A stretch of DNA of 59,253 nt from Gemmatimonadota bacterium (GTDB lineage: Bacteria; Gemmatimonadota; Gemmatimonadetes; Longimicrobiales; Gaopeijiaceae): positions 1-59,253 of the forward strand of contig SLFU01000209.1 of the NCBI GenBank assembly GCA_007124095.1, given 5' to 3'. A program made the position numbers and the translations under genes. Positions 27,406 to 34,198 of the stretch are shown here, in pieces. Position 1 is the first letter of the stretch, and every line of letters starts with the position of its first letter. The notes under the pieces are model-generated. The model searched no databases, was not told where the DNA came from, and was given only the letters and a program-made list of their open reading frames with translations.

Positions 27406-28878
27406 TCAAGTGTGCTCCCGAGCTTCCGAAATGAAGAGGGAGCATGGTTCCGGGCAAGGTACCCCCTGCGAAGGCCTCGCAGGCACTCCGAAGGAAGGTC
27501 GCCAAACCGGAGTGCGGAGGCAGCGATCCGCAGCGCAGACGGTCTGTGTGAGCCGCTCCAGCTCCGAGTCGGACATCCCCTCCAACCCGGCGTAGATCCC
27601 CGTTTGCCTTCGGGCAACCTCTTCGAAAGAGCGCGGGGAAAGGCCGCCCGTTCGACCCAGATACCAGTGCACCGGAGCCACCGGGTAGAGGTGCGCATAG
27701 ACCTCCCACACCTCCGCTTCGTCCAGCCCGGAGAAGCGCCATCCCCGGCGGAGGCCGGGAGCGGTCCGGACCGGCCGATGATCCCCGGTTTCCGTCGTGG
27801 CCCCGAGCCCGACAGCTCCGTCGGGGGTCTCCACCCTCCTCAGTTCCGATCGGGATCGCTCGCGGTCGAGATGATGCCGAATCTCGAAGCACCCTTCCTC
27901 GCCGGGTCGCACGAGCGTCTCGAGGAAGCTCCGACCTTGGGGGCCCGCGGACCGCAACCACTCCCCGAACGCTTCACGAGCCCTGGCGGAGACCGGAGGG
28001 GAGGAGGAGGAGTCCCGACCGGCTCCCGGAGTTTCCGGACGGGCTTCCCTTCGTGCCTCCTGCTCCACAAGCTGAAGGACCACCTCGACCATCGCGGGAT
28101 GGGGGCCGACCGGCTTTCCGTACCAGATGGTCGTCTCTCCGCGCCTTGTCCGCCCCCCGGTGAGTGCGAGATCGTCGGGAATTGTCGTCCCGGCATGCCA
28201 CCCTTCCGCGATGAAGAAGGGGACCACGATTACGTTGCGCACCCGTTCTCCGTCGAGAACCTCGGCCAGCCGTGGCTCCTGGTCCAGAAAGGCGGGAATC
28301 ACGCTCCCGTACGATCCCTCACGCCGCAGCGCCTCGACGATCGCCCGCGTGGTCCTCCCGGAATCCGGGTGCCGGTTCGTCCCGTGCCCGGCCACGACAA
28401 GAGTCGCTCCCGCCTCTTCCTCCGCGGAGAGGGACGCCGCTTCCCGGGCCCGCTCCATAACGACCTGGCTCATCCGTGGATGAGTGCCCACTGCGGGACA
28501 CTCCCTGATTCGCAGATCAGGCCGCGCAACGAGGGTGCGGTCCAACGCCAGCTCTCTCGGGACCACTCGGTCCGTGAAGTACCCTGTGCTCGTGAACACC
28601 GGAACGACGAAGACCTCGGAGCGCTCGACGAGATGGAAAGCCTGATGCAGCTGCGGCTCCTCCTTCCAAAACGCCACCCGGACCTCCCCGAAGCTCCCCC
28701 TCGCCCGGAGGCGTCGAGCCAGCTCGTGCACCGGCCGGGCCGAGGCCGGACTCAGGTGGGATCCATGACCCACCAGAAGGACGCAGCACTCGAGCCGATC
28801 GGAGAGGGGTCCGGGACCTTCGGTAATGGACGGGTCGATCCTTGACAAGGTGGAATTACCTCCTCTTCTTTTACTCAT
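27406..28878 (-). CDS. double CbiX (sirohydrochlorin chelatase) domains fused to a DR2241-like Fe-S domain
   Basis: There are two CbiX-type repeats: VLLVGHGSH..VVPVFTSTGYF and LVVAGHGTNRH..VVPFFIAEGWH. The C-terminal ~230 aa carry a Cys cluster (VCAADRC .. CPEPC) and resemble DR2241-family proteins from memory. Confidence 0.75.
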   Translation of the reverse strand: MSKRRGGNSTLSRIDPSITEGPGPLSDRLECCVLLVGHGSHLSPASARPVHELARRLRARGSFGEVRVAFWKEEPQLHQAFHLVERSEVFVVPVFTSTGYFTDRVVPRELALDRTLVARPDLRIRECPAVGTHPRMSQVVMERAREAASLSAEEEAGATLVVAGHGTNRHPDSGRTTRAIVEALRREGSYGSVIPAFLDQEPRLAEVLDGERVRNVIVVPFFIAEGWHAGTTIPDDLALTGGRTRRGETTIWYGKPVGPHPAMVEVVLQLVEQEARREARPETPGAGRDSSSSPPVSARAREAFGEWLRSAGPQGRSFLETLVRPGEEGCFEIRHHLDRERSRSELRRVETPDGAVGLGATTETGDHRPVRTAPGLRRGWRFSGLDEAEVWEVYAHLYPVAPVHWYLGRTGGLSPRSFEEVARRQTGIYAGLEGMSDSELERLTQTVCAADRCLRTPVWRPSFGVPARPSQGVPCPEPCSLFISEAREHT

Positions 28879-29043
28879 CGGTTCGAGGGTTGGGTCGAAC
28901 GGGTCTCGGTGAACACCGTACCCCCTCGATAAAGGTCACCTATCGCCCTGCCAAGTCGAGCTTGCGACGTTAGAAGCCCTGGCCCTCTCCGAGGCCGGGG
29001 CTCTTTTCATGGAATCCGACTCAACGTAGGAGCGACCACCCGC

Positions 29044-29916
29044 ATGGGCACCGTATTCCTGGTGGGGGCCGGACCGGGCGACCCGGACCTGCTCACCCTC
29101 CGGGCGCATCGCCTTCTCCAAAGAGCCGACGCCGTCGTCTACGACGCGCTCGTGAACTCGGAAATTCTGGAGCTCGCCCCGACCCGCGCCGGTCGATTCG
29201 ATGTCGGCCGGCGAAAAGGGGAGAAGCGGATCGCCCAGGGAGACGTGAACGATCTCCTCATCCATCTCTCGGGATCCCACGAGGTGGTCGTCCGGCTCAA
29301 GGGCGGGGATCCCTTCGTCTTCGGCCGCGGAGGGGAGGAGGCGCTCGCACTCCGGGCGGCTGGGGTGCCCTTCGAGGTCGTGCCCGGAGTAAGCGCGGGA
29401 ATCGGGGCGCTGGCATACGCAGGCATCCCTCTGACCCATCGCGGTGTCGCCTCGTCAGCCACCTTCCTGACCGGGCATCGAGTCCTGCCCGCAACAGGAG
29501 ATCGGGAAGGAGTATCCGCCGTCGGAAGTGAGGACCGGACCCTCGTCATCTTCATGGGGCTCTCGCGGCTCGAGGAGATCGCCTCGGAACTGATCCGTGG
29601 CGGGCGCTCTCCGAAAACCCCCGCGGCCATCGTGGAATGGGGGACCTACCGGGAACAGCGAACCGTGACCGGCGATCTCCGCACCCTCCCCGAACGCGTC
29701 CGCACAGCCGGCATCTCCGGTCCCTCCCTGATCGTCGTGGGCGAAGTCGTGCGTCTGCGCAGCGAAGTCCGTTGGTATAGCGAAGGAGCTGAGCAGGCAG
29801 ATTCGCCGGAGCGATCATCGGACCCGCCCGGACGGAAGGAGCCCGGCCAAGGGAGTCGCCCCGCGGAGGGGGACTGGACAGTCGTCCCCACTCCGGGAAG
29901 CGCCTTCGGCGACTGA
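29044..29916 (+). CDS. cobA: uroporphyrinogen-III C-methyltransferase (SUMT)
   Basis: GTVFLVGAGPGDPDLLTLRA..ADAVVYDALV..VVRLKGGDPFVFGRGGEE..VPGVSA. A ~45-aa low-complexity C-terminal tail follows. Confidence 0.9.
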   Translation: MGTVFLVGAGPGDPDLLTLRAHRLLQRADAVVYDALVNSEILELAPTRAGRFDVGRRKGEKRIAQGDVNDLLIHLSGSHEVVVRLKGGDPFVFGRGGEEALALRAAGVPFEVVPGVSAGIGALAYAGIPLTHRGVASSATFLTGHRVLPATGDREGVSAVGSEDRTLVIFMGLSRLEEIASELIRGGRSPKTPAAIVEWGTYREQRTVTGDLRTLPERVRTAGISGPSLIVVGEVVRLRSEVRWYSEGAEQADSPERSSDPPGRKEPGQGSRPAEGDWTVVPTPGSAFGD

Positions 29917-29961
29917 ATCCCCTCCCCACCCGGCCAGGATTGATCGAGCGGAGCGGTAGCT

Positions 29962-30207
29962 CTATGGGGGGGTCAGCTCGAAGTGGGTGTAGTTCTTGGC
30001 AATATACGAGGTCCACTCCTCCGGCACGTCCGTGTCGGGAAAGATCGCCTGGACAGGGCACTCCGGCTCACAGGCCCCACAGTCGATGCACTCGTCCGGA
30101 TGGATGTAGAACTGATCGTCGGATTCGTAGATGCAATCCACCGGACATACGTCGACACAGCTCGCATCCTTGGTGTCTATGCACGGCTCGGTAATGATGT
30201 ATGTCAT
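29962..30207 (-). CDS. 7Fe-type ferredoxin (3Fe-4S plus 4Fe-4S)
   Basis: [25 protein letters not shown] ... [12 protein letters not shown]. Confidence 0.9.
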   Translation of the reverse strand: MTYIITEPCIDTKDASCVDVCPVDCIYESDDQFYIHPDECIDCGACEPECPVQAIFPDTDVPEEWTSYIAKNYTHFELTPP

Positions 30208-30212
30208 GGGAT

Positions 30213-30791
30213 CTATTTTTTCCTTTTCCCCGAAGGGAATTCGGCCTCATTCAGGACCCGTCCGGGCCCCTTCGCGCCTCCGGTTACACCACCGGAATCC
30301 CGACGTGCCCCCCGAACGTGTCCAGTGGGAGGGTCGGCGCGGGGGATCTCCCGGACACTGCCTCCGGGTTCCGGATCCCGGCACCAGGCCCGGATCCGCG
30401 GAGGTTCGGAGCCCCGGGTGAACCCCGCGATCACCCATACCGTGTGGGGCCAGAGCTCCATGAACCGTCGATCCACGGGAGAGGGTACCGGTTCGCTATC
30501 GGGGTGGGTGTGGTAGAACCCCACCACCTCCTCTTCGGATTCACGGAGGGACTTCTCGACCTCCAGGAGGCGAAGCGGATCGATCATGAATCGATTCCGT
30601 CGCCTCTCGGGAGGCTCGGTGTTGGGCGTGGGGACGATCGAGGTCACAAGCACGACCCCCTCCGCACTTCTCCGACCGACGAGGAGGCCGCACGCCTCCT
30701 CCGCGGCCGCAGCGCGAGCCTCGGCGACGACTGCGTCCCCCACCTCCTCGAACCAGGCCCAGCCCGTCACACGCGAGGGAGTGCGGATCAA
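30213..30791 (-). CDS. JAMM/MPN+ (Mov34) metallopeptidase
   Basis: EACGLLVG ... [17 protein letters not shown] matches the E..HxHx7Sx2D motif. I propose the TTG start at 30791, which lies 4 nt after the carrier-protein stop and has GGGAG upstream. The track start at 30893 overlaps the carrier gene. Confidence 0.8.
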   Translation of the reverse strand: MIRTPSRVTGWAWFEEVGDAVVAEARAAAAEEACGLLVGRRSAEGVVLVTSIVPTPNTEPPERRRNRFMIDPLRLLEVEKSLRESEEEVVGFYHTHPDSEPVPSPVDRRFMELWPHTVWVIAGFTRGSEPPRIRAWCRDPEPGGSVREIPRADPPTGHVRGARRDSGGVTGGAKGPGRVLNEAEFPSGKRKK

Positions 30792-30795
30792 TCGC

Positions 30796-31077
30796 TCACT
30801 CCCGGCCCCCTGCGATCGAGGGAACGATCGAAACCTCGTCTCCTTCACTGACTGGGGTCTCGAGCTCCTTCTCGTAACGGATGTCGGTGCCATTCACGAA
30901 GACGTTCAGGAACTGGCGAAGCTCGCCCCCCTCCTCCGTGATCCGCGCCAGCAGATCGGGATTCTCACGTCCTACGTGAGCCAGCACGTCACGCACCGTC
31001 GCGCCCTCCGCTTCCAGCTCCCCACGACCGTGGGTCAGCTTCCTCAGGGCACTCGGCACCCGGACCGTCACACTCAT
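30796..31077 (-). CDS. MoaD/ThiS-family sulfur-carrier protein ending ...AGG-RE
   Basis: MSVTVRVPSALRKLT..FLNVFVNGTDI..GDEVSIVPSIAGGRE. The AAGGAG element favours the third ATG (31077), but 31083 and 31086 are also possible. Confidence 0.8.
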   Translation of the reverse strand: MSVTVRVPSALRKLTHGRGELEAEGATVRDVLAHVGRENPDLLARITEEGGELRQFLNVFVNGTDIRYEKELETPVSEGDEVSIVPSIAGGRE

Positions 31078-31149
31078 CGACATCATCTCCTTGCCGCATC
31101 TCACGAGTCTCCGGGGGCCCGGCGATATCCAGGGCATTCCCCGCACTTC

Positions 31150-32433
31150 TCATCCAACAGGCTCCTGCTGGCCCGCCTCGGCGAGCCGAACCACCTCCGA
31201 AAGCCTCGGGTCGATCGGTTCACCCAGCTCGAAGGTCGCTCGAGCCGCATTTGGGGTCTTCAGGCCGTTGCCCGTGATACAGAGCACGGTCGGCCCACCC
31301 TTCGCGAATCGACCCTCTCGCGCCAGCCGGGCCGCTCCGGCTACGACCACCCCGCCGGCCGTCTCCGTGAAGACCCCTTCGAGGCTGGCCAGCAACCGGA
31401 TGCCCTCCACGATCTCGTCGTCCGAGACCGCCTCGCCCCAGCCTCCGCTGTCGAGCATGGACCGGAGGGCGAAGGGGCCGTCTGCGGGGTTCCCGATCGC
31501 AAGCGAGCGAGCGATGGTGTCGGGCTTCCGGACCGGCTGGACACGACTTTCCCCCGCGTGAAGAGCATTGACGATGGGCGCACATCCCGAGGCCTGGGTC
31601 CCGAAGAGCCGCGGGGTCCGGGACTCAGCCACGAGCCCCACCTTCTCGAGCTCCTTGAAGCTCTTCTCCAGCTTCGTGATCAGGGAGCCGCCCGCCATCG
31701 GAGCCACGACATTCGCCGGCAGAGACCAGCCGAGCTGTTCGACGATCTCGAATCCGACCGTCTTCGAGCCCTCCGCATAATAGGGGCGCAGGTTCACATT
31801 CACGATCCCCCACCCGAACCGATCCGCGACCTCGGCACAGAGCCGATTCACATCATCGTATACGCCCTTGATGCGCACCAGTCGGGCTCCATGGACACCG
31901 GTGGCGACCACCTTCTCAGGTTCCAGGTCCTCCGGAATGAAGATCCACGCTTCCAATCCCGCAGACGCGGCCTGCGCCGCCACGGAGTTGGCAAGGTTAC
32001 CGGTGGAGGCACACCCCACCACAGAGATGCCGAACTCATGTGCGCGCTGGAGGGCAATGGCGACCACCCGGTCCTTGAAGGACTGGGTTGGGTGATTCGA
32101 AGAATCCGCCTTTATCCAGAGGTCCTCGATGCCGAGAGCGTCCCCGAGGCGCGGGGCCGGCAGGAGAGGGGTCCAACCAACCGCGTGTCCCCCCTCGGGA
32201 TCCCGCTCGATGGGAAGGAGCTCGCGGTAGCGCCAGAGATTGGTGGGCCGGCTGCGGATCAACTCCGGAGAAAGGGTGCCGTGGAGCCCCTCCAGGTCGT
32301 AGTCTACTTCGAGAGGTCCGAAACACTCCTCGCACACATGAAAGGGCCCCGCCTCCGTCACCGTCCCGCAGAGGCGACATCGAAGGGTGTCGAGGGTGCT
32401 GGAGGCCACCGGTCCGGTCTTCGTCTGTTTCAT
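31150..32433 (-). CDS. threonine-synthase-like PLP enzyme with an N-terminal zinc ribbon
   Basis: CRLCGTVTEAGPFHVCEECFGPLEV is a Cys4 ribbon. NHPTQSFKDRVV carries the PLP lysine. The tryptophan-synthase-beta fold is evident throughout. Confidence 0.85.
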   Translation of the reverse strand: MKQTKTGPVASSTLDTLRCRLCGTVTEAGPFHVCEECFGPLEVDYDLEGLHGTLSPELIRSRPTNLWRYRELLPIERDPEGGHAVGWTPLLPAPRLGDALGIEDLWIKADSSNHPTQSFKDRVVAIALQRAHEFGISVVGCASTGNLANSVAAQAASAGLEAWIFIPEDLEPEKVVATGVHGARLVRIKGVYDDVNRLCAEVADRFGWGIVNVNLRPYYAEGSKTVGFEIVEQLGWSLPANVVAPMAGGSLITKLEKSFKELEKVGLVAESRTPRLFGTQASGCAPIVNALHAGESRVQPVRKPDTIARSLAIGNPADGPFALRSMLDSGGWGEAVSDDEIVEGIRLLASLEGVFTETAGGVVVAGAARLAREGRFAKGGPTVLCITGNGLKTPNAARATFELGEPIDPRLSEVVRLAEAGQQEPVG

Positions 32434-32500
32434 GTTGAGTACCCGTCTTCCACAGGGGAGCCTTGATCTCGGCAGCCCGCGCTGACGCCGCCGCTCCCGT

Positions 32501-32541
32501 AAACAAAAAAGCCCAGACCTCCATCGGGAGGAGGCCGGGGC
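32501..32541 (-). terminator. intrinsic terminator in the leader of the thrC-like operon (attenuator B)
   Basis: Minus strand: GCCCCGGCCTCC-tcccgat-GGAGGTCTGGGC followed by TTTTTTGTTT. It ends 67 nt upstream of the ATG at 32433. Confidence 0.8.
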
Positions 32542-32572
32542 TCGTTCAGCTCGTCGGATCCGTTGCTTGCTG

Positions 32573-32671
32573 CTAAGGCCCTCCGGACACGACCGTCCCC
32601 GCCCTGACCTCCTCGAGCGAGGAAGCCATCATGGAACAGCCGCACATGCTGATTGTGGCGGTTGCGGTCAT
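32573..32671 (-). CDS. Cys/Met-codon leader peptide of the thrC-like/moaD/JAMM operon
   Basis: Hand translation gives ATG ACC GCA ACC GCC ACA ATC AGC ATG TGC GGC TGT TCC ATG ATG GCT TCC TCG CTC GAG GAG GTC AGG GCG GGG ACG GTC GTG TCC GGA GGG CCT TAG, which is MTATATISMCGCSMMASSLEEVRAGTVVSGGP. The inner start at 32647 gives MCGCSMM... I see no strong SD, so the start is uncertain. Confidence 0.45.
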   Translation of the reverse strand: MTATATISMCGCSMMASSLEEVRAGTVVSGGP

Positions 32672-32958
32672 GTTGACGCTCGTGTCTGGCTTCTTTCGGA
32701 CTACAGCTCTCACGACCCGTGGGACGGACGGCCGCAGAAAGCACGGAACGAAACGCTATGCAACCACCCACCGCCAGTCAAGCCCCACCGGATTCGTTCG
32801 CCCCTCACGGAGGGAGGCCCGGCCGAAGATGATGACGATAATGAGCCTTGACAGCCCTCTCCATCCCGACCGAGCATACGGTACATCCTGAAGACATGCT
32901 GAAAGCGGGTCCAAGCGCCGCCAAGCCTTCGTTCCACTCTCCACGAGGTCAAATCACT

Positions 32959-34182
32959 GTGAACCGATTCCATCCCCTCCTGACCGTCCTCGTCCTTTTC
33001 GGATTGGCGGCGTGCGACGCCTCATCGGCCGACGGGCCCGAACCCGCCAACAGCGCCCCTTCCGCCGTCGAGTTCGAGGTCTGGGCGGCGGACCAGAACC
33101 TCAACCAGGTTTACATTCTGGGGCCAGACGGGGAGGTCCTCCGCACCATTGATGCCTCGGAGCTCGGAGGAGCCGATCGTCCGCACATGCTCTGGGGCGT
33201 CCCGGGCGACGGCTACGTCTACAGCGCGAACACAGTTTCGGCCTCCGTTTCCATACTCGACCGACGGTCTGGAGAAGTGGTGGAGGTGATCGAAGAAGTG
33301 GGCCAGGCTCCCCACGCGGCGCAGCCCAATCCGACCCGCCCCGACCGAATCTACGTCTTCAACATCGCCCCTCAGGAATCCGACGCCGACGGAATGCCCG
33401 ACCGGGGGGAGACGATCGCCGAAATCGTTCGGACGGATGGCGCGGACGGACCGAGCTGGGAGCTCACGCGCTTCCTGGACCTCAGGGCGGATCCCGCGCT
33501 GGCCGACTCGGATCTCTTTCCCAGCCGCCGGCCGGTGTGTGGAGGGTTTTCCCCGGATGGGAGCCACCTCCTGGTGACCCTCTTCAATGGAGGACTGGCC
33601 GTGGTCGACCTGGACGGATGGAGCGTTTCGCGAGCGTGGGGGAGTGACGAGATCGCGGAGCACGGATGCGGCTTCGCCTCGTCCTTGGATGGGGAGGAAA
33701 TCTACGTGACCGCCGGAGGCATGCACGAGTCATGGATGTACGTCTTCGACGTGGGGGGAGCCGAGCCCCAGCTGGTTGCGACGCATGACCTCTCCGGAGC
33801 GGGCCAGGACGCGCACGGCGTCTACGTCGATCCGGTGCGAGACGAGCTCTGGGTCGTGCACCGGGCGAGCGACAACATCACCATCCATCCGCTCGCGTCG
33901 ATCCAGACGGAGGGCCACGACTTCGAGACCATCGACTTCGTGGGGTCCGCGCCGGACCTCGTGGCCTTCTCCCCCGACGCGAGCCGGGCCTACCTGACCT
34001 TGCGCGGGCCGAATCCGGCGCCCACCATCCCGCACGCCACCGTAGGCGAGACTCCCGGAGTGACGATCATCGACGTTCCGGGCCGGGAGGTCCTCGAGAT
34101 CGTGCCCCTCGGAGACCAGATCGAAGCCGATTTCCACGGAATCTTCATCCCGGAGGCGAACCACGGCATCGGAGGCTCCTGA
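32959..34182 (+). CDS. beta-propeller (YVTN/YncE-like) lipoprotein
   Basis: LLTVLVLFGLAAC is a lipobox. The rest shows a repeated strand-rich pattern typical of propeller repeats (VYILGPDGEVLRTID, VYSANTVSASVSILD, LLVTLFNGGLAVVDL, IYVTAGG, LWVVHRASDNITIH). I prefer the GTG start at 32959, with 32896 as an alternative. Confidence 0.7.
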   Translation: MNRFHPLLTVLVLFGLAACDASSADGPEPANSAPSAVEFEVWAADQNLNQVYILGPDGEVLRTIDASELGGADRPHMLWGVPGDGYVYSANTVSASVSILDRRSGEVVEVIEEVGQAPHAAQPNPTRPDRIYVFNIAPQESDADGMPDRGETIAEIVRTDGADGPSWELTRFLDLRADPALADSDLFPSRRPVCGGFSPDGSHLLVTLFNGGLAVVDLDGWSVSRAWGSDEIAEHGCGFASSLDGEEIYVTAGGMHESWMYVFDVGGAEPQLVATHDLSGAGQDAHGVYVDPVRDELWVVHRASDNITIHPLASIQTEGHDFETIDFVGSAPDLVAFSPDASRAYLTLRGPNPAPTIPHATVGETPGVTIIDVPGREVLEIVPLGDQIEADFHGIFIPEANHGIGGS

Positions 34183-34198
34183 GCTCAAGGGTCAGGGC

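Noticed and set aside
28975-29008. 10-bp stem hairpin (AGCCCTGGCC / GGCCGGGGCT) followed by CTTTTC, 36 nt upstream of cobA
   Set aside because: I considered it as a third attenuator. The U-tract is weak, I found no Cys- or Met-rich short ORF on either strand next to it, and it may be just a structured 5' UTR in the cbiX/cobA divergent region.
32631-32891. 86-aa plus-strand ORF starting MEQPHMLIVAVAVMLTLVSGFF (possible small membrane protein) antisense to leader B
   Set aside because: It has only one hydrophobic stretch followed by Arg/Thr/His-rich low-complexity sequence. Its GC3 bias is weak, and it overlaps the start region of the next plus-strand gene. I kept it as unsupported.
32545-32900. 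Possible known riboswitch or structured ncRNA (SAM-I/IV, SAM-II, cobalamin, T-box, SRP RNA, RNase P, tmRNA) in the long leader of the thrC-like operon
   Set aside because: I compared it by eye with the conserved cores I remember and found no convincing match. The cores were GGCAACC / GAGGGA for SAM-I, the B12 box, the T-box GGGUGGUACCGCG, and the SRP GGAAGCAGCC context. The only partial resemblance was GUCAGG...UCCGGAGGG...AGCAGCAAG to SRP RNA, and it has wrong spacing. The leader-peptide attenuator model explains the terminator better. A covariance-model scan (Rfam/Infernal) would settle it.
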